A stretch of 64,000 bases of DNA from Rhynchopus sp. YZ270_cl-10 (lineage: Eukaryota): positions 1,488,001 through 1,552,000 of the forward strand of contig OZ037840.1 of NCBI GenBank assembly GCA_964035575.1, written 5' to 3'. The translations under genes and the position numbers were made by a program. This document shows, piece by piece, positions 32,514-45,174 of this stretch. The first letter of the stretch is position 1; each line of letters opens with the position of its first letter. The notes under the pieces are model-generated. The model searched no databases. It was not told the origin of the DNA and saw nothing but the letters and a program-made list of their open reading frames with translations.

Positions 32514-35470
32514 CACGGATGCTGCCAGATCTGGCCAGATTTGGGGGCCAATTTCCCAGATCTGGCTCGTTTTCCAGATGTGGAGATCTTGTTTCCAGAT
32601 CTGGCCAGATCTGGCCAGATCTGGGAATCTGGGAAAATTTTTTTTTCAAAAAAAAAAAAAAACCCCCCAGATCTGGCCAGATCTGGAAATCTGGCCAGTT
32701 TTTTTTTTTTCTCAGATTTCTGGCTATTGTCTCCCAGGGAAAGGGACTCTCGAATTTTTTTTTTCGCCCCAAAATAGGGCTAATTTCGACGATTTGAGGC
32801 CATTTAAAGCAAAATTTGGCACTTTTGAGCATCTGTGGGGGTCTAAAACGTGGTTTTGCGAACCCGAAATTTCGTGGTTTTTACCAAAGACAAGTCGATT
32901 TTTGAAAAATCTCAAAAAAAAAAAATTTTTTTTCCGGGAAAATTTTGACCCCTGAGTAGGGTTTTTGTGCACCAAAAAGTGCAAAAAAACGCAAGAGTCG
33001 GGTGTTTTGACGATCTGGGGTACCGCCATATGCACTACAGGGGCCCACAATTTCGACTTTTTCTTAGCAATTTCCTTCATAATTTTTTTTTTCCGATTTT
33101 GGCAAAGGCAAATCTCAGGCAAAAAAAATTCACCCCTGATAGTGGGTCCTTGGGTGTCCAGATGCCAAAAACACAAAATTTTTGATGTTTTGACCATCTG
33201 TGGGCGCCTAAAACGCACTTCTCTGCCCAAAAAAATGAATATCGATTTTTCCTTAGCGTTTTTATAGCCGTGATTTTTGGGTATTTTTTCGCAAAGGGAA
33301 AAAAAAAATATCAACCAAAATAGTGGGTCCTTGGGTGACCAAAAATGCAAAAAAAACGCATTTTTTTGGTGTTTTGACCCTTCAGAACCACCCAAAACGC
33401 ACTTTTGTGTACCAAAACACGCATATTTCACATTTCCTTAGCAATTCCTTCACAAGTGCAAGGTGATTTTTGACCAAACTAATTTTGTGCACTTTTTTTG
33501 TGGTCACGTGACGCTAAAATCCTCTCCGTGATGCGAGAATTACATGTGAGAATGCGATAATGATTCTCGCGTGCGAACGCCCAAAACCACGAGGACGCAA
33601 GCAAGGCTTCAGTGCACTTAGGTACAGGATGCGTCGTTTTCAGTTACAAAAAAGGGTACTGTGAAGCGGTTGAGGCACACACAGACCCGCTGCAAAATGC
33701 ATCTGGGACCCACGCTAGACCCCCTAAAAGCTGTAAAACCATATATTTCCATCTCGCGACCCCAGCGGATGTGGACTGAGGTGTTTTTTTTTGGGTGTTT
33801 AGAAAGGTTTTTGTCCGATTGGAGAATTTTTTCGGTAAGTGTTGCATTTTGTCCCCACTGAGTGTGCACTCAGAAAACACTCATCAATAAAACGACCTGG
33901 TAAAAAATAGTTATTTTCTATCGTAGTAGTGGGTTTGTTGTGCAGTGATGTTCTTTGTACCTGGAGAGTGGGCCGAGTGCAAGGTATGTTTTTAACCCCC
34001 CGGTTTTCTCCCTTTTCGACATGTCCGCTATTTTTTAGCTATTTTTTTTTTTTTGTCAACAAAAATGTCACTTTTACGTTTAAGGGGTACGGGGCGGCTT
34101 CTTGTTTGTTTGTTTGTTTTTTTGTTGTAGTCTCTACTTTTACATTCAATTTCTCTTAACAGGTACCCGAACCGACGACCCTTCATCGTGACAGCGAAGC
34201 AGTGCCGATGGAAGAGCTGGTGCAATTATTTGAAAACCAGGTGGCGATCGTAAAAGTCGGGTTTATATACCAACTTTTCCATTAACCCACCCCATAGACC
34301 ACCCTAATTATTATGAAACTCTTAGTCAGTCACTGCTATAGCCATTTAATCCAGGGAGCATAGCTAGTGCAAGAAATTCGACTTCGGGATCCGGAAAGTC
34401 TGTCCTCTGCTTGCGGAGGACTAGGCACAAGAAAATATTGCGTTCCCCCAGAAAACCAATTTTTGTCAGAGTAATTTTTGCCCAGGGCATGCTCTTGAAG
34501 CATGGCGGCTTGGTGTGAGAAGGGGCAGTGTATTGTTTTGTTCTAGATTTCAACGGTTGTTAGAACGAGTCAAGTGGATGCTTATCTAAACACTGACTTT
34601 AGTACAGACCCGAGAGATCACACATGACTTTGAGGAAAGAACAAAGCAATGCATCTGTACCCGCACGCCAGGTTGTAGTTACTTCAGAATTTTCTTAAGT
34701 TTGCATGAACGAGGAGGGGCGAATCATTCTTCGGGAACCATTAGCTGTATACCATGGAATGATTTTCTCAAAAACACCACGTGGGGGCTGAATTCAATCC
34801 CTTAAGAATTGCGAATTCAGCCTTTGTAGAAGGTACGTCTTACTTGTACTTGTACTTGTATGCCGTGTCCACCCTTCTCGACCTTACCGGTTCACACGTA
34901 CGAATAATATTAGGCAGTGGTAACACCCTTCTCAATTGTGCAAACTTAAGAATTTTCTGCTGGAACTTACCAAAATCGATTTTCTTTCACCCCAAACACC
35001 CGCAACACCCCACCTGCTACTTCGGTAGCCTGTGTTGTTGGGAGTTGGTTCTCATGTTGATCCCCAGTGTTTTGCACTGCTTCTTCTGAGCCCAACGCTG
35101 TTTGGCCTGTCGACGTAATAAATACGAAGACAGGGCGGCGGTGCCAACAATTTTCCGATGATGTAACGTTTATCTGATTGATTTATCGTTTGATATACCT
35201 TGTGTGTCCTACTTCGTAACTTGCACACACGAGCAACGTATATTGAACGGTACTTCAAGCGATACTTCGTTATGTCATTGGGGTACCTGGAAAAAAAAAT
35301 TTTCCCAGACGTCCCAGATCTCCCAGATTTGGCCAGATCTGGCCAGATCTGGCCAGATCTGGGACGTCTGGGAAAATTTTTTTTTCAAAAAAAAAAAAAA
35401 ATTTTTCCAGATCTGGCCAGATCTGGGCGGCCCAGATCTGGAGATCTGGCCAGATCTGGCAGCATCCGTG
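32514..35470. mobile_element. ~2.96-kb non-autonomous DNA transposon, 27-bp TIR, 6-bp TSD, subterminal (CCAGATCTGG)n palindromic decamers
   Basis: ATACAA|CACGGATGCTGCCAGATCTGGCCAGAT ... ATCTGGCCAGATCTGGCAGCATCCGTG|ATACAA; no long ORF inside. Confidence 0.88.
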
Positions 35471-35727
35471 ATACAAGCTTTGCTATATATTTTTTTTTTC
35501 AAGCTGTTCAAATTATAGACATTATTTCATTTCCTCAATTTGTTCCTCTTCCACTTTACCTCAGTCCCTTTCACTCCCCCCCTGCTTGCAAAGTACTTTC
35601 CTCCCCCCCCCCCCCCCCCCAACCTCCACACACACACCTCCCCCATCCTTCTAATGTGCTACCTATCTCTGACAACCACAATGTGCGTAGCATCGCTTTC
35701 ACACCTATCCTTTTTTCTATCTGAGTT

Positions 35728-35767
<40 letters not shown>

Positions 35768-38159
35768 AATTTGTATTTCTCCCTCTCAGTCCATCTCCCT
35801 CTCTCTCTCTCTCTCCCTCTGCTCTTTTTTTTTTTTGTTGTCTTTTTGCGAGTTTTTTTTTCCCGCTCGCTTTTTTCCCAATCTTTTTCCAAGATTACTA
35901 AGCGAGAGGCTTGGGATCATCTTGTTAACTTTTCCCTTCTTTTCTTTGTTCCTGCGTTGCAAGCCTGGTTTAAAACCGGGGCCAGAGCCGGGTTTTTTTA
36001 AAATCGAATTTTTGTGTTTGCGTGGAAAAATACTTCAATTGGAGAGAGAAAAAAAAAAGAGCTGAGTACGGTGACCAAGCACGGAGAGGCTTGGATTATT
36101 CCCTTACCTTTTTTTATTGCTTTTTTTTTTCTTCTTTTTCTGTTCAAAAATAAAAGTAGTTCTTTGCAGCAAAGCGAGAGCAAAAAAAAAAAATAATAAA
36201 GTGGGTGTATTCCTATACTGCCTCTTATAAACCACACTTTTGCGTGAGGGCAGCAGTCTTCGGACAGGTGCGTAGCGACACCTCCCTTGCGAGCTCACAG
36301 AAGCTAAGTCGTTTATAATTTTGTATCGACAGGTCAAGGTTTTAGTTTTTTTTTGCAACTTTTTGTGAAACGATCAGAACGTCACTATCAGAACAAACAA
36401 TCCACAAAGTATAAAAAAAAAAGTTTGGGTACATTTAGTGCACCCTATTATACCTTCTATTCAGTAGAATAGTTAGTATATGAAACAACTTTTGTGAAAC
36501 GATAGCCTTCCGGGCAACATTGAGTACAGATCCCTGCACATAGCAGCTGATTTGTCGACACAACACAACAAAAAAAAGTGGGTGTGTTCTTAGCACACTG
36601 CCTCTCATGTACCACACTTAAGGGGGTGTACCGTTCTGTGCTGCATACTCAGCCTGCTAAGGGTCACATGGTATGCAGGACTACCTCCAAAGGTGGGGCG
36701 AATGTTGAGGTTGTAAAACTGCACATTCCTATGAAGCAAAGAAGCGTGTCACATTATACAAAGGCTTTGTGCATTTCTAGAGAAGCAAGCGTGTGTGGTG
36801 CTTTTGGAAAATCGGTCAACGATCTCTCAATATCGACCCCCCTCCCGGAGCACCACTGTACCCTTTTTTTTTTTAGCGCAGTAAGTATGTGAGCGGAAAG
36901 TGTCACGGCGTTCACCCAACCGTGCTCCACAAAATTCAAAAAAAATTGGAAAATAAATTGTTCGGAAAAAAACGGAAAACATGATTTCTGTTTGTACAGA
37001 AAATTTCGGATGAAATAAATACGAGAGAAAAAATAAATTTCGTATCAACGACGTCCCTACGGCGTATAGTATCGCTGCAGGAAAACTCATTGATTCATTT
37101 TCTCCATCTGATATTCCTGTTTTCCTCTCTCTCTCTCCCCCTCACAGATACACGGTGGGGGGGGGTCCAGCCACTCTGAGCTGGACTAAAAAAAAGCTGG
37201 TGTCTCTCAACTAGCGGGTGTCGTCACACCCTCTGGTTGAGTTCTCCCGTTTTGACCCCAGCTCAGAGGCTGGACCCTCCCCCACCGTGTACACCCAAAT
37301 AAGTACTCTATCCGACACTGTTGGTTCTTTCAAAACCCCTCCCCTGGGGGCTCCTCCCCACCTCTCTGCTTTGAGAGCGTTTCCTCTGCTCCCAGATACG
37401 AATTTATGGATTCCCATTCAGCTAATATAATAGGGCTAACTTCGTTTTTTTTTTTCCCCCTCTATTTTTTCTTTCAATATGAAGATGCTCTCTGGGTCTC
37501 GATGACCCGCGGAGTGCCAGTGCCCTGTGTCCGTGTACGGTGAGTATGGTGAGGTGTTGGTGCACTTTCAACATCTCTTTTTTCTTTTTTCGAAGCTCTT
37601 TTTTTTTTTTTTGTTCTGAGATTTTTTATTTTGCATCGTTTCCTGGGAGATTTCTGTGTAGAGACCCCAGGGTAAACGCGCCAAAAATAAACGAAAGCTC
37701 CTTCAAGGACCTTGCCCATCAAAAAAAATTCGCCTAAATTAAATGCGCGCATGATGTGCGCATGGTGACAGAACACACAAATAAAAAAACATATCGGGAG
37801 AACGGGGTCAGTCCCTCAGCCTTTCTCAAAACAATCCTAGATACACTGTACTCTGGGTGGCTCTCAGTTTTGTACAAACGTGTCGCAATGCCCTCCCTTG
37901 ATTTGTTTTTTTTTTTTTTTGGTTTTTTGGTTTTTTGTTTTGACGCACATCATTTTATTGACAATCAACCTCCACAGGAAAAAAAAAGTACTGTCTGTTG
38001 TGTTACTGTGAGAAGAGGAAAATACAAACGTCTGCGGGGGGGGAACAATGCATTTTTTTTCCCTCTTTTTTTACAACCATCATCATGGTGAAACAATCCC
38101 AGCCAAACTCCCCCACCCCTCCTCCAGCATCCCCCTATCCTTTCTCTCCCCCCCTCCAA

Positions 38160-39460
38160 ATGGACATCACAGCGATTGACAGCGACACCGGCGACAGCAT
38201 TGTCCTCCGTTGCGAGCACTGCGACTGTCGCGTGGCTGAAGCTGCGTCTCTGCGAGGAGTGGCGGAAGGTGCCTTTTGTTTCGAGGCTGACGATGGATGG
38301 GGTTGCGCTGGACACGACGCTTGCACTCTCAGACACGCCTCTGGGGGAAGGCGCCACGGTGCACCTTTCACAACGCGACGTGGCCACCATGCTGTGCCCG
38401 CACACCTACCACGATACGCACCACCGCAGCGACGATGGTGCCTCTGCTAGCTACCTCTCCACCTGCGGACGGCACCTTGCACTTCTTCACGGCAACTTCC
38501 TTGAATTCTACGCTACGGACACTGCGACGCTCGAACGCACCACAACCCTCCCTGACTCTCTAGGACTGACCTACGTCTCTGGGGACCAGACCTGGGGCGT
38601 CTTCTTTCGTTTCGCTGAACGCGATGTAGTGATTGCGGACCTCTCCACCTTTGCGATCCTTCTCAAAGTACCGTTTGCATTCAACGTCATTCTCCCAGAC
38701 TGCAACACCTTCTTGCTTTACCAGAAGGATTTTGGGTCGTGGTATACTACCCCAACCCACATCGCAGCAGCATCAACCACAGCGACAACAACCCAATATT
38801 TCTCCAGAAAACGCCCAATTGTAAGCCCCGATGGGTCCTATCTCGCTGTGTTTGGAAATGGGATGTTGTTTGTGGTGCACAGTGTAGGGAGTGGCGCGGT
38901 TTTAGGTCGGGTTGCTGAAAGGGATGTAAAAACAGCTGCGTTTTCGCCATGCGGGGAGAAGCTAGCAGTGTGCATTACAGAGGTAACTGACCCTATTAGG
39001 GTCTACAATTGGCAAGCAGGGACGGTGTTGCACAGCTTCGGTGCAGGCATCGATGTGGTCGGATGTGAAGCCCTCCTCTTCACCCCCTGCAGTAACTATC
39101 TTCTCCAAGGGGACGCCAAGGACCAGCTCGTCAATCAATGGTGTCTGCGTGACGGAAAAATCCTTACATTCTACAACAACGTTCGCAGCCCGATTCTTTT
39201 GTCCCCGTGCTCGCGCTACATGATTGCGTACAGTGCGAGCGACGAAGTGGAGTTGAATGGTGCCCCTCATGCAAGAAGGGTGTGAAGCAGAGATGGCAGA
39301 GCATGAACCATGTGTGCCGCAGGGTGTGGGGGAGGTGTCTGAGATGGAGGGTGAGTGTGATGACACAGAGGAAGATGAGGATGGTGGGGAAGGTGAGGGC
39401 AGGAGGGGTGACGGCGCAGAGGGGAGACCTGCCAAGCGGCGGAGGGTTGATAAGGAGTGA
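38160..39460 (+). pseudogene. Frameshifted paralog of the ubiquitin-like/beta-propeller gene at 40088
   Basis: Near-identical to 40088-41388 but with 2-bp deletions at ~38206 (GTCCTCCG vs GTCCTCTCCG) and ~39258 (AATGGTG vs AATGTAGTG). Sequencing error cannot be excluded. Confidence 0.75.
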
Positions 39461-39882
39461 TGCATATGAACATATCGGGAGAACGGGGTCAGTCCCTCAG
39501 CCTTTCTCAAACAATCCTAGATACACTGTACTCTGGGTGGCTCTCAGTTTTGCACGAAGTCCTCGCACAACTATCATTTTATTGACAATCAACCTCCACA
39601 GGAAAAAAGTGCTGTCTGTTGTGTTACTGTGAGAAGAAGAAAATACAAACGTCTGCGGGGGGAAACAATGCATTTTTTTTTTGTACGAGTATGCAATACG
39701 TCTGGAAATGAAAGACGCGCTCGTCGATTGTCATGAGTTTTACCGTTTTCCCCTTCCCCCCTTGTGCTCCACCTCTCCACCTCTCCACCTCTCCACCGGG
39801 ATGGATGCGATCAACAAACAACAAACAACGAATAAACAAAGAAGGGGGGTATTTCATTTTCCTCTCTTTTTTTTACAACCAG

Positions 39883-39989
39883 CCACCTGATTTTTACCCC
39901 GCGCATAGGCGCGTATAGCGCGTAAAGGCTGGGAAAAATGGGTGGGGTTTGGCCTTTACGCGCCTATACGCGGGGTAAAAATCAGGTGG
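39883..39989. mobile_element. 107-bp MITE, 21-bp TIR, AACCA duplication
   Basis: CCACCTGATTTTTACCCCGCG ... CGCGGGGTAAAAATCAGGTGG. The paralogous position at ~38075 shows the empty site (ACAACCATCATCATGG). Confidence 0.85.
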
Positions 39990-40087
39990 AACCATTATCA
40001 TGGTGAAACAACTTGATTTTTTCCCAACAATCCCAACCAAACTCCCCCACCCCTCCTCCAGCACTCCCTTCTCTCCCCCCCTCCAAA

Positions 40088-41388
40088 TGGACATCACAGC
40101 GATTGACAGCGACACCGGCGACAGCATTGTCCTCTCCGTTGCGAGCACTGCGACTGTCGCGTGGCTGAAGCTGCGTCTCTGCGAGGAGTGGCGGAAGGTG
40201 CCTTTTGTTTCGAGGCTGACGATGGATGGGGTTGCGCTGGACACGACGCTTGCACTCTCAGACACGCCTCTGGGGGAAGGCGCCACGGTGCACCTCTCAC
40301 AACGTGACGTGGCCACCATGCTGTGCCCGCACACCTACCACGATACGCACCACCGCAGCGACGATGGTGCCTCTTCTAGCTACCTCTCCACCTGCGGACG
40401 GCACCTTGCACTTCTTCACGGCAACTTCCTTGAATTCTACGCCACCGACACTGCGACGCTCGAACGCACCACAACCCTCCCTGACTCTCTCGGACAACTG
40501 ACCTCCGTATCGGGGGACCAGACCTGGGGCGTCTTCTTTCGTTTCGCTGAACGCGATGTAGTGATTGCAGACCTCTCCACCTTTGCGATCCTTCTCAAAA
40601 TACCGTTTCCATTTAACGTCATTCTCCCAGACTGCAACACTTTCTTGCTTTACCAGAGAGGTTTTGGGTCGTGGTATACAAAACCTACCCATATCGCATC
40701 AGAGTCAACCATAGCGACAACAACCACATATTCCTCCAAAAATGATCCAATTGTAAGCCCCGATGGGTCCTATCTCGCTGTGTTTGGAGATGGGATTGTG
40801 GTGCACAGTGTGGGGAGTGGCGCGGTTTTAGGTCGGGTTGCTGAAAGGGGGGTAGAAATAGCTGCGTTTTCACCATGCGGGGAGAAGCTGGCAGTGTGCA
40901 TTGCAGAGGTAACTGACCCTATTAGGGTCTACAATTGGCAGGCAGGGACGGTGTTGCACAGCTTCGGTGCAGGCATCGATGTGGTCGGATGTGAAGCCCT
41001 CCTCTTCACCCCCTGCAGCAACTATCTTCTCCAAGGGGACGCCGAGGACCAGCTCGTCAATCAATGGTGTCTGCGTGACGGTAAGATCCTTACATTCTAC
41101 AACAACGTTCGCAGCCCGATTCTTTTGTCCCCGTGCTCGCGCTACATGATTGCGTACAGTGCGAGCGACGAAGTGGAGTTGAATGTAGTGCCCCTCATGC
41201 AAGAAGGGTGTGAAGCAGAGATGGCAGAGCATGAACCATGTGTGCCGCAGGGTGTGGGGGAGGTGTCTGAGATGGAGGGTGAGGGTGATGACACAGAGGA
41301 AGGTGAGGATGGTGGGGAAGGTGAGGGCAGGAGGGGTGACGGCGCAGAGGGGAGACCTGCCAAGCGGCGGAGGGTTGATAAGGAGTGA
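40088..41388 (+). CDS. Ubiquitin-like N-terminal domain plus WD40-like/beta-propeller repeats, acidic tail and C-terminal NLS-like PAKRRRV
   Basis: MDITAIDSDTGDSIVLSV..TVAWLK..L..DG..L...LSD..LGEGATVHL is ubiquitin-fold-like. Repeated VSPDGSYLAV / FSPCGEKLAV / FTPCSNYLL / LSPCSRYMIA. ORF open from ATG 40000. Confidence 0.75.
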
Positions 41389-41921
41389 TGGGGGAGGGGG
41401 TGTGGTCAAGGATAATAAAATACCGGCCCCCCAATTCTCGATTCAAAAAAAAAAATACCAAAAAATAAACACAGGCGTATCATCCTTGGGGGTAGTGGGG
41501 TCGTGTGTGGGATTTTTTCAGGGAGTGCTTTGTGCTATCAGATCACGCAGATTTTTGATTTTTGATTTTTGATTTTTGAATCATTTCATAAACCTTTTTT
41601 TCCGACTGTCAATGACCACCTGTGCAGTGACCTGGGGCAGAGTCCGCAAAACTGCGGATCTGGTCTGGTGGTGAAGGAGGTACTGATTGAGCTTGTTGAG
41701 GATAAGGAAGATGTTTGACGTAGTCTTACCTGATCATAAAGGCACCCAAGCGAAAAAGTACAAAAATATTTTTTTTCTCAAACGAAACGAGAAAAGAAAA
41801 GAAAAGAAAAGAAAGGTGTCAGTGATGTACCACGATACTCTTTTCTCCTATCCCTCCTCACCCCGACACAACCACAACAGTGTTGCAGACAAAACAACAA
41901 AACCAAACCAAACAACACAAG

Positions 41922-43151
41922 ATGCGTGTCGCCTCGTCGCTGCTGCTGCTTGCCGGGAGTGCGTCTGCCATTGACAACGGGATAGGTCTTCTGCCCCCTA
42001 TGGGGTGGCGCTCGTGGAACTGCTACGAAGGGAATGTGAATCAGAAGCTGATGGTGGGTGCCATGGACGCTGTGACAAAGCGTACACGTACTGTTGACGG
42101 GAAGCTTACCAGCATTGCGGACCTGGGGTTCGTGAACATTGGTCTTGACGACAACTGGCAGGCGTGTGGCACTGGGCTGAACGGCTCCTTCCACGACGCT
42201 GACGGCATCCCGCTCATCAACAAGGAGAAGTTCCCTGACATGAAGGCGATGACGGACCACGGACACAGCAAGAACCTGAAGGTGGGGTGGTACATGAACA
42301 ACTGCATCTGCAGGGAGCAGAACTTCACAGGTGCGAGCTACATCGAGAAGCACATGGAGCAGTCTGCGAAGGCAGTTGCGGAGTACGGCTTCGACGGTGT
42401 GAAGCTGGATAGTTGTGGACAGTTCCGGAACCTGACACAGTGGTCACAGCTGCTGAACGCAACAGGACGCCCGATCATGATTGAGAACTGCCACCAGGGG
42501 CAGACCGTGCCTGGGCAGACGACAGGAGACGCGCCCTGCAAGGGTGACTCTGGTGTGTCGGACTGTGCGTACAACTTCTTCCGCTCGTCTGGCGACATCT
42601 ACCCCGACTGGGGCAGCATGTACAAGAACCTGCAGACGACAACAAAGTTCCAGGGCAACCCTCCCCTCTCCCGCCCAGGCAGCTGGGCGTACCCCGACAT
42701 GCTTGAGGTGGGGCGCCTTGCGAACCACGCAGAGGACCGCACCCACTTCTCTGCTTGGGTGATCACCTCGAGCCCGCTTGTTCTTGGATTTGACGTGACG
42801 AACGACGCGATTGTGAGCCGTGTGTGGGACATCATCAGCAACAAGGAGGTGCTGTCTGTGTCGCAGACGTGGGCAGGCCACCCGGGACGTCTTGTGAACG
42901 AGAAGCCTGCTGGGTTCCAGGTGTGGGGGAAGATGCTTGGTGACAAGGACCAGGCAGCACTGGCTATGAGCAACACTGCGACTGCTGCGACTGTGACGTT
43001 CACCTTCACCGACTTTGGGTTTGCAGCAACGGACACTGTGTCTGTGCGTGACCTGTACCAGCAGAAGGACCTTGTGAAGATGGCAGGCCAGTTCACCACC
43101 GACTCCATCACAGAGCACGACAGCCGCATGTACCGCTTCACGCTTGCGTAG
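41922..43151 (+). CDS. Secreted alpha-galactosidase, glycoside hydrolase family 27
   Basis: Signal peptide; DNGIGLLPPMGWRSWN, LDDNWQ, GFDGVKLDSC (nucleophile motif), RSSGDI, PDMLEVG. Confidence 0.95.
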   Translation: MRVASSLLLLAGSASAIDNGIGLLPPMGWRSWNCYEGNVNQKLMVGAMDAVTKRTRTVDGKLTSIADLGFVNIGLDDNWQACGTGLNGSFHDADGIPLINKEKFPDMKAMTDHGHSKNLKVGWYMNNCICREQNFTGASYIEKHMEQSAKAVAEYGFDGVKLDSCGQFRNLTQWSQLLNATGRPIMIENCHQGQTVPGQTTGDAPCKGDSGVSDCAYNFFRSSGDIYPDWGSMYKNLQTTTKFQGNPPLSRPGSWAYPDMLEVGRLANHAEDRTHFSAWVITSSPLVLGFDVTNDAIVSRVWDIISNKEVLSVSQTWAGHPGRLVNEKPAGFQVWGKMLGDKDQAALAMSNTATAATVTFTFTDFGFAATDTVSVRDLYQQKDLVKMAGQFTTDSITEHDSRMYRFTLA

Positions 43152-43412
43152 GTGTGGGTGGTGTGATGTGTGATGTGTGATGTGTGATGTGTGATGTGTG
43201 ATGTGTGATGTGTGATGTGTGATGTGTGATGTGTGATGTGTGATGTGTGATGTGTGATGTGTGATGTGTGATGTGTGATGTGTGATGTGTGATGTGTGAT
43301 GTGTGATGTGTGATGTGTGATGTGTGATGTGTGATGTGTGATGTGTGATGTGTGATGTGTGATGTGTGATGTGTGATGTGTGATGTGTGATGTGTGATGT
43401 GTGATGTGTGAT

Positions 43413-44023
43413 GGGGGTCTCTTTAGGATAAAATATGGGGGGAAAGGTCTTTTTTGGTTAATAGCGCCGAAAAAACGGCAGCGAGGTATGTGGTCATGAG
43501 GGCGAGACTGGGGAAACACAACACAAAATACTGATGAAGGTGGTGGTGAGATTTCCCCGTAACGTCCTCAACCAACCTTGCCGAAGCAAGTGGTAAGCAA
43601 TAACAACAAAAGGGCACGTAGCAATAGAGAAATGGTACGCGCAAAAAAAAAAAAAAAAAAAAAATATATCCATAGCGAAAAAGGGGGAGGGGGAAAAGAC
43701 TTTCTTATTCGCGACATATTTTATCCTAGAGACCCCCCTGGCGTAGCAAAGCTACTTAAACAAGTTTACAGTATGTGTGATGTGTGATGTGTGATGGGGG
43801 TCTCTTTAGGATAAAATATGGGGGGAAAGGTCTTTTTTGGTTAATAGCGCCGAAAAAACGGCAGCGAGGTATGTGGTCATGAGGGCGAGACTGGGGAAAC
43901 ACAACACAAAATACTGATGAAGGTGGTGGTGAGATTTCCCCGTAACGTCCTCAACCAACCTTGCCGAAGCAAGTGGTAAGCAATAACAACAAAAGGGCAC
44001 GTAGCAATAGAGAAATGGTACGC

Positions 44024-44059
<36 letters not shown>

Positions 44060-44165
44060 TCCATAGCGAAAAAGGGGGAGGGGGAAAAGACTTTCTTATT
44101 CGCGACATATTTTATCCTAGAGACCCCCCTGGCGTAGCAAAGCTACTTAAACAAGTTTACAGTAT
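43413..44165 (-). mobile_element. Two solo ~360-bp terminal-repeat units of the YR retrotransposon (43413-43774, 43796-44165)
   Basis: Near-identical to the repeats bounding 44453-49663; they differ mainly in poly-A length. Confidence 0.92.
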
Positions 44166-45174
44166 GTGTGATGTGTGATGTGTGATGTGTGATGTGTGAT
44201 GTGTGATGTGTGATGTGTGATGTGTGATGTGTGATGTGTGATGTGTGATGTGTGATGTGTGATGTGTGATGTGTGATGTGTGATGTGTGATGTGTGATGT
44301 GTGATGTGTGATGTGTGATGTGTGATGTGTGATGTGTGATGTGTGATGTGTGATGTGTGATGTGTGATGTGTGATGTGTGATGTGTGATGTGTGATGTGT
44401 GATGTGTGATGTGTGATGTGTGATGTGTGATGTGTGATGTGTGATGTGTGATGGGGGTCTCTTTAGGATAAAATATGGGGGGAAAGGTCTTTTTTGGTTA
44501 ATAGCGCCGAAAAAACGGCAGCGAGGTATGTGGTCATGAGGGCGAGACTGGGGAAACACAACACAAAATACTGATGAAGGTGGTGGTGAGATTTCCCCGT
44601 AACGTCCTCAACCAACCTTGCCGAAGCAAGTGGTAAGCAATAACAACAAAAGGGCACGTAGCAATAGAGAAATGGTACGCGCAAAAAAAATATATCCATA
44701 GCGAAAAAGGGGGAGGGGGAAAAGACTTTCTTATTCGCGACATATTTTATCCTAGAGACCCCCCTGGCGTAGCAAAGCTACTTAAACAAGTTTACAGTAT
44801 GGGGGTCTCTTTAGGATAAAATATGGGGGGAAAGGTCTTTTTTGGTTAATAGCGCCGAAAAAACGGCAGCGAGGTATGTGGTCATGAGGGCGAGACTGGG
44901 GAAACACCCGTCGCTCGTGCCCTGACCTGTGCCCAACTTTGACGCCACACTGAGGTAGCGTTCTCCACGTGAGAAGCATAATCTCCAATACTGTCTCATG
45001 ACAGAAAACAACTCCGAACACAAAAAATATGGCACGAAAAAACGTAACGTAGGTAAAAAACAGCCCCACGCGAAACACACGCACGAAACATCAAAAACAA
45101 CAACCTTGACTCGACCATTCGCACTCCGACGACCAGAAAAAACAAAGCCACACCCTAGAAAATAGAAAAAACAT

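Noticed and set aside
36240..36300. Small multi-stem structure with a C(UUCG)G loop
   Set aside because: Stems are short and there is a single copy; insufficient support for an ncRNA call.
43529..43590. CTGATGA in the YR repeat unit as a hammerhead core
   Set aside because: No GAAA after a closing helix II and no matching helices I and III.
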